A stretch of 64,000 nt of DNA from Pseudomonadota bacterium (GTDB lineage Bacteria; Pseudomonadota; Alphaproteobacteria; Rhodobacterales; Rhodobacteraceae): the NCBI GenBank assembly GCA_039029215.1, contig JBCCGP010000005.1, forward strand, positions 4,721 through 68,720, read 5' to 3'. The notes under the pieces are model-generated. The model saw only the letters and a program-made list of their open reading frames with translations, was not told the origin of the DNA and did not search any database. This document shows positions 40,479 to 50,127 of this stretch, in pieces (the first letter of the stretch is position 1; every line of letters starts with the position of its first letter). A program made the translations under genes and the position numbers.

Positions 40479-41416
40479 TGACGATACTTGTCGATGAATT
40501 AAATAAATTCAATACGTTAGATGATGTAACGCGTATTGTAATTGTGGATCACAAAGGGTCTACGCCGCGTGAGACATCTACGTCCATGTTGGTTGCTGGG
40601 GGAAACACCTTTGGGACAATCGGGGGCGGTGCGCTCGAATTGGATGCAGTTCAAAAGGCCCAAAATGTTCAGAAAACCGGTAAACCGGTTTTCTTGATTT
40701 ACCCGCTTGGTCCGAAGCTTGGCCAATGCTGTGGTGGCTCGGTGTCGCTGGTGATTGAGCCGCTTCATACATGGTCAGATTGCACCGGAAAGACCCATTT
40801 ATCGCGTCAAATCACGGGTACATCGCCAAAACCGCTGGTGATTTCAAAAGCAGAGGCGAATGTTCGAAATGGACAAGAAACGCCGAAAATCCTTTATCAG
40901 GATGGTTGGCTGTTTGAACCTATCCGCCCTGAACACCAGCCGGTTTGGATTTATGGCGCGGGCCATGTTGGGCGTGCCTTGGTCGAGGTTTTATACGACC
41001 TGCCCTATGAGATCACCTGGATAGATACGGACCGCACCCGTTTCCCAGATGAGCCACTGGTTGATCCTGTCGTCGCAAAGGACCCAACCGAGATCACACG
41101 TTTTGCACCACCCAATGCAATCCATTTGGTGCTGACCTATAGCCATGCGATCGATCTCGCGCTGTGCCATAATATCCTTGGCCAGCCTCATGCCGCACTG
41201 GGTCTGATCGGCTCTGCCACTAAGCGCAAGCGATTTTCGGCGCGACTTGCGGCACTTGGGCATAAAAATGATCAAATTTCGCGCATAATTTGTCCGATTG
41301 GCGAACCTAATTTGGGAAAAGAACCGAAAATGATTGCCATCGGGGTTGCCCGTCAATTACACCTGTTACGGATGCGGGAGACTGAGGGGATGCTGCCACA
41401 TAATGCCTCTGCTTGA
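40478..41416 (+). CDS. xdhC: xanthine dehydrogenase accessory protein XdhC
   Basis: 312 aa with an XdhC/CoxI N-terminus (GSTPRE...GTIGGG) and a Rossmann-like half (IYGAGHVG). It has a TAATG overlap with xdhB. Confidence 0.85.
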   Translation: MTILVDELNKFNTLDDVTRIVIVDHKGSTPRETSTSMLVAGGNTFGTIGGGALELDAVQKAQNVQKTGKPVFLIYPLGPKLGQCCGGSVSLVIEPLHTWSDCTGKTHLSRQITGTSPKPLVISKAEANVRNGQETPKILYQDGWLFEPIRPEHQPVWIYGAGHVGRALVEVLYDLPYEITWIDTDRTRFPDEPLVDPVVAKDPTEITRFAPPNAIHLVLTYSHAIDLALCHNILGQPHAALGLIGSATKRKRFSARLAALGHKNDQISRIICPIGEPNLGKEPKMIAIGVARQLHLLRMRETEGMLPHNASA

Positions 41417-42896
41417 ACTTGATGCGCTGACCAAGGCCTATCCGGGCGTTGTCGCAAATGATGCTGTGTCTTTTGCAATCGAGAAAGGCGAAATCCATGC
41501 TCTGTTAGGCGAGAATGGCGCGGGCAAATCCACGCTTGTGAAAATGATCTACGGGCTTGTGAAACCCGATACTGGAACAATGCATTTTGAGGGCGCGCCC
41601 TTTGCCCCGAGCGAACCCAGCATGGCGCGCCGCGCGGGTGTGGCGATGGTGTTTCAGCATTTCTCGCTTTTTGAGGCGCTGACGGTGGCCGAGAATATTG
41701 CCTTGGGTATGGAGGCCCCGCCACCACCTTCGGAGCTGTCATCGCAAATTAAGGAAATATCCGAGCGCTATGGCCTGACCTTGGATCCAGATCGCTTAAT
41801 TGGGGATCTGTCTGTGGGCGAGCGCCAGCGCGTGGAGATTGTCCGCTGTTTGTTACAAGACCCCAAGCTGTTGATCATGGATGAACCGACATCGGTCCTG
41901 ACGCCGCAAGAAGTAGACATCCTGTTTAAAACCCTGCGCCAGCTGAGCGAGGAAGGCACAGCGATCCTGTATATCAGTCACAAATTGGAAGAAATCCGCA
42001 CGCTGTGCCAAAACGCGACGATCCTGCGGCATGGAACTGTCGTTGCAACATGTGATCCGAAAAAGGAAACGGCGAAATCACTGGCCGAAATGATGGTCGG
42101 GAAAAAGCTGAAATCGCCCAAAAAATCCAAAACATCGCACGGTAATATTCTGTGCCGGGTGGAAACGCTGGCACTGGCGCGCGCCGATGCATTCGGGACC
42201 GATCTAAAAGACATCACATTTTCCATTCACGCCGGCGAAGTTTTGGGGATTGCGGGCGTGGCGGGCAATGGTCAGGACGAGCTGATGCTGGCACTTTCGG
42301 GTGAGCGGCGCATTGATGCGGGGCGCATTACATTGAACAGCCTCGATCTGTCCCATCTCAGCCCCAGTCAGCGGCGCATGAAGGGGCTTCATGCAGCACC
42401 AGAGGAACGTTTGGGGCATGCGGCTGTGCCCGATATGAGCCTGACGGACAATACGCTGATCACCGGGTTTGAGCGCCAATCCTTGGGCAAGCGCGGGTTG
42501 ATTGACTTTTCCAAGGCCAAAAAATTTGCAGAGCGCGTGATCGAGACATTTGACGTGCGCACGCTCGGGCCCAACAACGCGGCAAAATCGCTGTCGGGCG
42601 GCAATCTTCAGAAATTTGTCATCGGGCGAGAGATCTGCCAAAAGCCAAAACTTTTGATCGTGAACCAACCGACTTGGGGTGTAGATGCAGCGGCGGCCGC
42701 CGATATTCGTCAAGCGATCCTAGAGTTGGCGCGCGAAGGTGCCGCGATTTTGGTTTTGTCCCAAGACCTTGATGAGTTGTTTGAGATTTGTGACAAAGTC
42801 GCTGTGCTGCACGAGGGGCATCTGTCAGATGCGCGCGATGCTGGCAAAATCACAATGGAAGAAATTGGATTGTTGATGGGGGGCATGGCTGCATGA
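41403..42896 (+). CDS. ABC importer ATPase with duplicated ABC domains (sugar/nucleoside type)
   Basis: The start is MPLLELDALTKAY. It has the Walker A GENGAGKST, the signatures LSVGERQR and LSGGNLQK, and a degenerate second P-loop GVAGNGQ. Confidence 0.88.
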   Translation: MPLLELDALTKAYPGVVANDAVSFAIEKGEIHALLGENGAGKSTLVKMIYGLVKPDTGTMHFEGAPFAPSEPSMARRAGVAMVFQHFSLFEALTVAENIALGMEAPPPPSELSSQIKEISERYGLTLDPDRLIGDLSVGERQRVEIVRCLLQDPKLLIMDEPTSVLTPQEVDILFKTLRQLSEEGTAILYISHKLEEIRTLCQNATILRHGTVVATCDPKKETAKSLAEMMVGKKLKSPKKSKTSHGNILCRVETLALARADAFGTDLKDITFSIHAGEVLGIAGVAGNGQDELMLALSGERRIDAGRITLNSLDLSHLSPSQRRMKGLHAAPEERLGHAAVPDMSLTDNTLITGFERQSLGKRGLIDFSKAKKFAERVIETFDVRTLGPNNAAKSLSGGNLQKFVIGREICQKPKLLIVNQPTWGVDAAAAADIRQAILELAREGAAILVLSQDLDELFEICDKVAVLHEGHLSDARDAGKITMEEIGLLMGGMAA

Positions 42897-43981
42897 TCAC
42901 CCTTGTCCCCCGCATCACCCTTGTCCCCCGCGCCGATCCGTCAAAACGCATGGTCTATATTACGCCGTTAATCGCGGTGGCGCTGACCATTCTATTTGGC
43001 GGATTGCTATTTGCCAGTTTCGGCGAAAACCCGGTTGAGGCCATCCGCATTATCTTTTGGGACCCAATTTTTGGGCCGCATGGGTTTTATTATCGCGGCC
43101 AAATCCTTGTGAAAGCGGCTCCGCTAATCATCATAGCACTTGGCTTATCCTTCGGTTTCCAAGCCGGAATTTGGAATATTGGGGCCGAAGGGCAGTTTAT
43201 CATGGGCGCGATTACGGGCGCTGCGGCGGGTCTTGCCTTTTACCCTTCCACCAGCCCGTTGATTTATCCGCTGATGTTTGTCGCAGGCGCAGCGGGTGGG
43301 TGTCTTTGGGCGATGATCCCTGCCCTGTTGAAAATCAAATTTAACACCAATGAAATCTTGGTGTCGCTGATGCTCGTCTATGTCGCGTTCAACTTTTTGG
43401 CCGGCATGGTCACAGGCCCGTTGCGCGATCCAGATGGGTTAAATTTCCCAGAAAGCCGCTCTTTCCGAAAATTCGAGGCGGGCTATAACGCCGAGATTTG
43501 GTCCGGCACGGGCGTCCATTGGGGCGTAATTTTTATGGGATTGCTGGTTGTGGTCGCTTATATCTTCTATAGCCGCCACATCACCGGCTTTCATATCCGT
43601 CTGATGGGCCAATCCCCCCGCGCCGCACGGTTTGCAGGCGTATCACCCAATTGGATGATCGCGCTTTGCCTTGGGTTATCAGGTGCGCTTGCGGGGCTTG
43701 CCGGATTATTTGAGGTCACAGGCCCCGCTGGCAAGCTGTCCACCACCTTCCCGCTCGGTTACGGTTTTACCGCCATCATTGTGGCCTTCCTTGGCCGTCT
43801 GCATCCTATCGGCATTCTTTTTGCAGGGCTAATCCTTGCCGTGACCTTTGTGGGCGGTGATATCATCCAATCTGCGCTCAGCTTGCCCAAAGCCTCGATC
43901 CAAGTCTTCCAAGGCATGTTGTTGTTCTTCCTTTTGGCCGTGGATTTCTTGATCAATTACCGTGTGGAATGGAGGCGCTAA
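42893..43981 (+). CDS. ABC transporter permease
   Basis: 362 aa multipass protein of the branched-chain/ribose-type permease fold. It has an ATGA overlap with the ATPase gene. Confidence 0.85.
   Translation: MITLVPRITLVPRADPSKRMVYITPLIAVALTILFGGLLFASFGENPVEAIRIIFWDPIFGPHGFYYRGQILVKAAPLIIIALGLSFGFQAGIWNIGAEGQFIMGAITGAAAGLAFYPSTSPLIYPLMFVAGAAGGCLWAMIPALLKIKFNTNEILVSLMLVYVAFNFLAGMVTGPLRDPDGLNFPESRSFRKFEAGYNAEIWSGTGVHWGVIFMGLLVVVAYIFYSRHITGFHIRLMGQSPRAARFAGVSPNWMIALCLGLSGALAGLAGLFEVTGPAGKLSTTFPLGYGFTAIIVAFLGRLHPIGILFAGLILAVTFVGGDIIQSALSLPKASIQVFQGMLLFFLLAVDFLINYRVEWRR
42896..42931 (+). repeat. perfect 18-bp in-frame tandem duplication at codons 2-13 of the permease gene
   Basis: ATCACCCTTGTCCCCCGC occurs twice (42896-42913 and 42914-42931), giving M-ITLVPR-ITLVPR. 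Confidence 0.9.
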
Positions 43982-44899
43982 ATGGATCCTGTCATTGTCA
44001 TTGCCAGTCTGATCGTTGCGTCCACCCCAATTGTCTTTGCCGCAATCGGGGAGTTGGTTGTTGAAAAATCCGGTGTGCTTAACCTTGGTGTTGAGGGGAT
44101 GATGATTATTGGTGCGGTCTGCGGCTTTATCGCGGCTGTGGAAACCGGCAGCCCGTTGATGGGCTTTCTGGCGGGTGCGGCGGCGGGTGCGGCAATTTCT
44201 TTGCTTTTCGCATTGCTTACTCAAGTCCTCATCGCCAACCAAGTTGCCTCTGGCCTTGCACTGACGCTCTTTGGGCTTGGGCTGTCTGCCTTGATCGGTC
44301 ATAAATACACAGGGCTGCGCCCCCCGCCGACGCCGAAGCTAGAATTTTTCGGTGCGGCCGATATTCCGATTATTGGTCCGATCTTTTTCAACCATGACCT
44401 CGGCGTTTATGCCTCGCTTATCCTTATCGTGGCCGTTTGGTATTTCCTGAAACACACCCGCCAAGGTCTGATCCTGCGCGCGATTGGCGAAAACCATGAT
44501 GCGGCCCATGCCTTGGGCTATAAAGTGGTTCGTATCCGTGTCATTGCGATTATGTTTGGCGGTGCCTGCGCGGGTCTTGGGGGCGCTTATTTCAGTTTGA
44601 TCCGTGTACCCTTGTGGAACGAAGGTATGACCGCCGGGATCGGCTGGATCGCCTTGGCAATCGTGGTTTTTGCAAGTTGGAAACCATGGCGCATCCTAAT
44701 TGGCGCGTATCTGTTTGGTGGCGTCACCGTCTTGCAACTGAACCTTCAAGGCATCGGGATTGATATACCGGTGGCCTATTTATCGATGGCACCCTACTTG
44801 GCTACGATCATCGTGCTCGTTATTATGTCTGCGGATCGCACACGGGCATCCTTGAATGCGCCCGCATCGTTGGGACGTATATTCCACGCCTCCTCTTAG
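43982..44899 (+). CDS. ABC transporter permease
   Basis: 305 aa multipass protein. It starts 1 nt after the preceding stop. Confidence 0.85.
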   Translation: MDPVIVIASLIVASTPIVFAAIGELVVEKSGVLNLGVEGMMIIGAVCGFIAAVETGSPLMGFLAGAAAGAAISLLFALLTQVLIANQVASGLALTLFGLGLSALIGHKYTGLRPPPTPKLEFFGAADIPIIGPIFFNHDLGVYASLILIVAVWYFLKHTRQGLILRAIGENHDAAHALGYKVVRIRVIAIMFGGACAGLGGAYFSLIRVPLWNEGMTAGIGWIALAIVVFASWKPWRILIGAYLFGGVTVLQLNLQGIGIDIPVAYLSMAPYLATIIVLVIMSADRTRASLNAPASLGRIFHASS

Positions 44900-44952
44900 A
44901 GGCATAAAAGAACCGGGGGTGGCTGCTCATCCCCATTAAACAGGAGACAGTA

Positions 44953-46026
44953 ATGAACCTACTCAAAACACTTGCAGCATCCGCTGCATTGGCAGTTGGC
45001 CTTGGCGGTGCTGCATTTGCCGAAAAGACAAAGGTGGGCTTTGTCTATGTCGGACCTATTGGCGATTTCGGCTGGTCTTATGAGCATGACCAAGGCCGTT
45101 TGGCAGTTGAAGAAGCCTTTGGCGATGATGTTGAAACAGTCTTTGCCGAAAGCGTGCCAGAGGGTGCTGATTCAGAGCGTGTGATGACACAAATGGCGCT
45201 TGATGGTGCCGATCTGATCTTCACAACGTCTTTTGGTTATATGGATCCAACAAATAATGTTGCCGCGAAATTCCCAGATGTGAAATTCGAACATGCAACA
45301 GGCTTTAAGCGAGAGCACCCAAATGTGTCGACCTATTCTGCGCGTTTCTATGAGGGCCGCACCGTGATTGGTCATATCGCCGGTCATATGACAGAAACAA
45401 ACACAATCGGCTACATCGCATCCTTCCCGATTCCGGAGGTTATTCGCGGCATCAACTCTGCCTATCTTGCGGCAAAGGCCGTAAACCCAGATGTTCAGAT
45501 GAAAATCGTATGGGTGTTCACTTGGTTTGATCCGGGCAAAGAAGCGGATGCCGCAAATGCATTGATCGAGCAAGGTGCGGATATCATCATGCAGCACACG
45601 GACAGCCCGGCAGCGATGACAATCGCAGAGGAAAAAGGCATCCTTGCGTTTGGTCAAGCTTCTGACATGAAGCAATTTGGCCCGAATGCACGACTGTCAT
45701 CCATCATCGACGATTGGGCACCTTATTATGTTGCGCGCACCAAAGCGGTAATGGACGGCACTTGGGAGCAAGTTGATGTTTGGGATGGGATCAAAGAGGG
45801 CATGGTTGCCATCGGCGAATTCTCTGACAAAATCCCAGCGGATGTTCAGGCCTCTGCCACTGCGATCAAAGAAGGTATCGTGGCGGGCACTGTCCACAGC
45901 TTCACTGGCCCAATCAACAAGCAAGACGGGTCTGCATGGTTGGCGGACGGTGAAACGGCTGATGATGGCACGCTTTTGGGCATGAATTTCTATGTCGAAG
46001 GCATCGAAGGCGACATTCCGCAGTAA
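44953..46026 (+). CDS. BMP-family (basic membrane protein / purine-nucleoside-binding) ABC substrate-binding protein
   Basis: It has a signal peptide (AASAALAVGLGGAAFA) and the BMP-like motifs VGFVYVGPIGDFGWSYEHD and GYIASFPIPEVIRGIN. Confidence 0.8.
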   Translation: MNLLKTLAASAALAVGLGGAAFAEKTKVGFVYVGPIGDFGWSYEHDQGRLAVEEAFGDDVETVFAESVPEGADSERVMTQMALDGADLIFTTSFGYMDPTNNVAAKFPDVKFEHATGFKREHPNVSTYSARFYEGRTVIGHIAGHMTETNTIGYIASFPIPEVIRGINSAYLAAKAVNPDVQMKIVWVFTWFDPGKEADAANALIEQGADIIMQHTDSPAAMTIAEEKGILAFGQASDMKQFGPNARLSSIIDDWAPYYVARTKAVMDGTWEQVDVWDGIKEGMVAIGEFSDKIPADVQASATAIKEGIVAGTVHSFTGPINKQDGSAWLADGETADDGTLLGMNFYVEGIEGDIPQ

Positions 46027-46051
46027 GCGTGGATTACAAATCCCAAAAATG

Positions 46052-46083
46052 AAAAAAGGCCCCAAGTCACTTGGGGCCTTTTA
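46052..46083. terminator. bidirectional intrinsic terminator
   Basis: AAAAAAGGCCCCAAG-tca-CTTGGGGCCTTTT forms a 9-bp GC-rich stem with an A-tract and a T-tract. Confidence 0.8.
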
Positions 46084-46314
46084 TGTGCAATGCTAGGGGT
46101 AACATCACATTGGACGCCTCATAAACAGCCCAATCAGACTGATCACCCATATGAGCGCCCTTTGGTTTGGTACACTTGTTGGCGAGCGTGGTACATATAT
46201 AATCCGCGTTATCGCAAAAAAGTTGTGCATGGGGCCCTGCGCCAGCGAAATCCTGACATGCATAGACCTTATGCTGGAAACCGTTGGAAGACGGTTTGTT
46301 TGGTGCGGTTTTAC

Positions 46315-47541
46315 CTAAGCCAATAATTCATGCGCGAATTCCAAAGCATCGACAAAGACATCGATCTCAGCCTTGGTATTATAAAGCCCGAAACTCGCAC
46401 GACAGGTGGCAGACACGCCATAATGCTGCATCAAAGGTTGCGCGCAATGATGCCCCGCCCGAACAGCGATACCGCGTTGGTCCAGTATGGTCGAAATATC
46501 ATGCGGATGGCCGTGGCCGTCGATTGTAAACGAGAAAATCGCGCCTTTATCCGCTGTTTGACCTTGTAAATTTAACCAATTCAAACCGCGCAATTTCTGT
46601 TGCGCATAATCGCGCAGGTCGTTTTCATAGGCCGCGATCTTGTCCATCCCCAAATTCGTCAGATAATCCAATGCCGCGCCCAACCCGATCATTTGTACGA
46701 TGCCGGGCGTTCCGGCCTCAAACTTATGGGGTGCTGTATTATAGGTGATCACATCTTTCTCGACCTTTTCGATCATATCGCCCCCGCCCATGAAGGGGCG
46801 CATTGCGGCCAAATGATCCTGCTTGATATAAATCGCGCCCGACGCGGATGGTCCATAAAGTTTGTGGCCCGTAATTGCATAAAAATCACAGCCCAAATCT
46901 TGGACATCAACCGGACCATGCACAGCTGCTTGAGAGCCATCGACCAGAACAAGAATACCGCGCGTATGCGCCTCTGCGACGATTGTTTTGATATCAACAC
47001 GCGTTCCCAACACGTTTGACATATGTGTTAGCGCAATGAGTTTTGTTTGGGGGGTGATTGCATTGATGACTTTTTGCGCAGGCAGGCTGCCATCTTCATC
47101 GGGATCGACCCATTTCATCTTCACACCTTGGCGTTCGCGAAGGAAATGCCATGGAACGATATTTGCGTGATGTTCCATGGTGCTGAGTAAAATCTCGTCA
47201 TCGAATTTTAGATGTTCAGCACCCCACGCGTAAGCCACCAAATTAATGCCTTCGGTCGTGCCGGAATTGAATATCACCTCATCCTCATGTGCCGCATTTA
47301 GGAAACGCGCGATTTTGCCGCGAACGGCCTCGTAGTTTTCGGTCGCTAGATTTGACAAGAAGTGAAGCCCGCGATGTACATTTGCATATTCTTCTGCATA
47401 CGCACGGTGAACAGCCTCTATAACCGCTGTCGGCTTTTGTGCACTCGCGCCGTTGTCAAAATAAACTAGGGGCTTTCCATTCACTTCACGACTGAGAATT
47501 GGAAAGTCAGAGCGGATTTTTTCGATATCATACATCGCCAT
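46315..47541 (-). CDS. sufS: cysteine desulfurase SufS (class II)
   Basis: 408 aa with HRGLH, the PLP lysine in ITGHKLYGP and the active-site RAGHHCAQP. Confidence 0.92.
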   Translation of the reverse strand: MAMYDIEKIRSDFPILSREVNGKPLVYFDNGASAQKPTAVIEAVHRAYAEEYANVHRGLHFLSNLATENYEAVRGKIARFLNAAHEDEVIFNSGTTEGINLVAYAWGAEHLKFDDEILLSTMEHHANIVPWHFLRERQGVKMKWVDPDEDGSLPAQKVINAITPQTKLIALTHMSNVLGTRVDIKTIVAEAHTRGILVLVDGSQAAVHGPVDVQDLGCDFYAITGHKLYGPSASGAIYIKQDHLAAMRPFMGGGDMIEKVEKDVITYNTAPHKFEAGTPGIVQMIGLGAALDYLTNLGMDKIAAYENDLRDYAQQKLRGLNWLNLQGQTADKGAIFSFTIDGHGHPHDISTILDQRGIAVRAGHHCAQPLMQHYGVSATCRASFGLYNTKAEIDVFVDALEFAHELLA

Positions 47542-48028
47542 ATTCCAGATAATTAAGACCCTGCCCCCAATACCAAAGGAAATAAAGCAGGGTCAGGACG
47601 GCGAGGATCAAAGCAAGATTGGGAATGCCAAACCATGTCGCAAGTGCGGTAAGCGCAATAAGCGGTAAAGATACATTCGCCGCCAAAAACATTGCGCGGC
47701 GCGCCTCTGGCCATGTTGCCTTGCCATTGAAATATCGCGCGATCAGATGTGCGATGGCGGCCAATCCATACATCACCAAGATCACGCCAAAAATCGAATA
47801 AACGGCCTGCCAACCTGCGAATTGGGCAAAATCAATTGGTATAACATTCCCATCGCTGTCGATTGCCGTCTGTGGTCCATTAGAAAAAACGCGATATTGC
47901 CCCGGCAGCTGTGCAAAGAAATTTAAGATCGCAAAAAGCATGATCAGGACGAGGTTCCCCTCTTCGCGGATACCTTTTTCCTTTTGAGAGGAAAGTACGG
48001 ATTTTGGATTTGCGAAAAGCTGCATCAA
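47528..48028 (-). CDS. multipass membrane protein embedded in the suf operon (possibly Yip1-like)
   Basis: 166 aa with about 4 TM helices. The start overlaps the sufD stop (ATGA) and the 3' end overlaps the sufS start by 14 nt. The family assignment is tentative. Confidence 0.6.
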   Translation of the reverse strand: MMQLFANPKSVLSSQKEKGIREEGNLVLIMLFAILNFFAQLPGQYRVFSNGPQTAIDSDGNVIPIDFAQFAGWQAVYSIFGVILVMYGLAAIAHLIARYFNGKATWPEARRAMFLAANVSLPLIALTALATWFGIPNLALILAVLTLLYFLWYWGQGLNYLEYGDV

Positions 48029-49305
48029 CTATGACGGTTCGACCATGCCTGAAGGCGCGTGCGCATCTCTTCGGCCAAGTCTTCATCTTCAATTTCGTCA
48101 ATCGCCTCGTTGAGAAAGGCAAGCATCATCATATTCTGGGCTTCGACCAATAGGATACCGCGTGCGCGCAGATAATATAGCGCCGTTTCATCAATCGCAC
48201 CACAGGTCGATCCATGGGAACAGGCTACATCATCGGCATAGATTTCCAATTCTGGTTTGGCTAGAAATTGGCTGTCCTCATCCAAAAGCAGACCTTGTGA
48301 GATCTGATACCCATCGGTTTTTTGCGCATCGGGTTGCACCAAAATTTTGCCTTGAAAAACACCTGTCGCGCCATTGCGTAAAACTTTCTTGAAGACCTGG
48401 CGGCTTTCGCAATTCACGGCATCATGGGTCACAAAAACCGTATCATCATGGTGGAAATTTTTACCATCACCGGCAGAGGCGCCCGCAACGGTGGCTTTCG
48501 CATCGTCACCGGTGAAATCCAACACCGCTTCGTTGCGGGTCAAAACGCCGTTTACCGTCATTGTGAATGAGCGGAAAATCGATTCCTTGGCCAAACGCCC
48601 AAAGAGATGTGTGACAGTTTTACGTTCGTGATCGCGCCCCTGCGTGCGGATGTGATGTAGCGTTGCATTATCGGCCAGATCAAATTCCATGACCGAGTTG
48701 AACCGCGCGGCCCCTGCCCCGCTTTCTAAAATCGTGGTCTCGACCCCTGCGTCCACTTTGATAACGTGATGGACCAATGCATCAGATGTCTCGGACAGAT
48801 GCGCGTATTTCATCCAAATCGGTTTTGAGGGCGATTTGGTGATATGAATAACAAATCCGTTTTGCGCCCGCGCCGTATTCAACGCCGCCAGTGGACGCGG
48901 AACCGGGTTTTGCCCCTGCGCCTCAAGAACACCATAAAGCTCCTTGGCCCAGTGAATATCCTTTTGGGCGGCCTCTGACAGTGGTTCAATTGTGATACCG
49001 TCCAACTCCAATGCATCCGAGGCCTCTGGATCGAAAACACCATCATTAAAATAGAGTTTTAGCCGTTCAATATCGTGAAACATCGGTGCTTCGTCATTGT
49101 CGAATACAGCTGCCTTGGTGGTTGGTGCGGTCAGTGCAGTCGGATCCGTAAATTTCCAATACTCATCACGCTTTATGGGTGCGCCCATTTCAGCAAATCG
49201 TTGATCTGCGGCCGTCCGCGCTGCCTTTATCCAACCTGCCCCTTGGGGTTTTGGATAGGCCGCGAGCAAGTCATGTGCTGCGCTGGTTTTTTGAGGGATC
49301 GCCAT
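48025..49305 (-). CDS. sufD: Fe-S cluster assembly protein SufD
   Basis: 426 aa with a SufB/D beta-helix C-terminal region (PELEIYADDVACSHGST). It sits between sufC and sufS. Confidence 0.88.
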   Translation of the reverse strand: MAIPQKTSAAHDLLAAYPKPQGAGWIKAARTAADQRFAEMGAPIKRDEYWKFTDPTALTAPTTKAAVFDNDEAPMFHDIERLKLYFNDGVFDPEASDALELDGITIEPLSEAAQKDIHWAKELYGVLEAQGQNPVPRPLAALNTARAQNGFVIHITKSPSKPIWMKYAHLSETSDALVHHVIKVDAGVETTILESGAGAARFNSVMEFDLADNATLHHIRTQGRDHERKTVTHLFGRLAKESIFRSFTMTVNGVLTRNEAVLDFTGDDAKATVAGASAGDGKNFHHDDTVFVTHDAVNCESRQVFKKVLRNGATGVFQGKILVQPDAQKTDGYQISQGLLLDEDSQFLAKPELEIYADDVACSHGSTCGAIDETALYYLRARGILLVEAQNMMMLAFLNEAIDEIEDEDLAEEMRTRLQAWSNRHS

Positions 49306-49307
49306 AT

Positions 49308-50063
49308 CTATGCAACCTCTGCCAAGATATCGGCATAACCGTTCTCTTCAACCTCTAGCGCCAATTCTGGACCGCCAGATTTCACGATCTTTCCATCGGC
49401 CATAATATGCACAACATCGGGTTTGATATAGTTCAGCAAGCGTTGGTAATGCGTGATCACAAGGAAGGACCGCCCAGCGTCGCGCAGGCTGTTCACGCCC
49501 TCGGCCACCAATTTCATCGCATCGACATCCAATCCAGAGTCCGTCTCATCCAAAATTGCCAGCTTGGGTTCCAGCATCGCCATTTGGAGGATCTCATTGC
49601 GTTTCTTTTCACCACCAGAAAAGCCAACATTCACGGGGCGTTTGAGCATGTCATTGTCGATTTTCAAATCCTTGGCCTTTGCGCGAACAAGTTTTAGAAA
49701 ATCTGCCGCTGAAAGCTCTTCTTCGCCGCGTGCTTTGCGTTGGGCGTTCAAGGCCGTGCGCAGGAATGTCATGTTGCCAACGCCGGGGATTTCGACCGGG
49801 TATTGAAAGGCAAGGAACAGTCCAGCGGCGGCACGTTCCTCTGGCTCCATCTCCAACAGGTCTTCGCCTTCAAATTCGGCACTGCCATCGGTCACCTCGT
49901 ATCCATCCTTGCCAGAAAGAACGTAGGATGTAGTTGATTTACCCGATCCATTGGGGCCCATGATTGCATGCACTTCGCCGGGTTTTATCGACAGATCGAC
50001 GCCTTTGAGGATTTGCTTGTCTTCCTCTTCCAAAGCGACGTGGAGGTTTTTGATCTCTAGCAT
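49308..50063 (-). CDS. sufC: Fe-S cluster assembly ATPase SufC
   Basis: The start is MLEIKNLHV. It has Walker [10 protein letters not shown], the signature FSGGEKKR and Walker [13 protein letters not shown]. Confidence 0.93.
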   Translation of the reverse strand: MLEIKNLHVALEEEDKQILKGVDLSIKPGEVHAIMGPNGSGKSTTSYVLSGKDGYEVTDGSAEFEGEDLLEMEPEERAAAGLFLAFQYPVEIPGVGNMTFLRTALNAQRKARGEEELSAADFLKLVRAKAKDLKIDNDMLKRPVNVGFSGGEKKRNEILQMAMLEPKLAILDETDSGLDVDAMKLVAEGVNSLRDAGRSFLVITHYQRLLNYIKPDVVHIMADGKIVKSGGPELALEVEENGYADILAEVA

Positions 50064-50127
50064 TTTGATTTTCTTTCTTAAGTGTCCAAGGTTGGACAAT
50101 TAGCTATCCCATTGATATTACGTATTA

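Noticed and set aside
42204-42713. 169-aa minus-strand ORF inside the ABC ATPase gene. Similar ORFs occur at 43829-44302, 45172-45675, 56223-56795, 59357-59956, 60196-60723 and 63026-63613.
   Set aside because: All are antisense to genes with strong motif support and have no start context or recognisable domains.
46090-46326. 78-aa plus-strand ORF after the BMP-gene terminator
   Set aside because: It starts immediately after a strong terminator with no SD. Its translation is Trp/Arg/His/Tyr-rich and it runs into the sufS 3' end. I treat it as spurious, although the region itself is flagged as unexplained.
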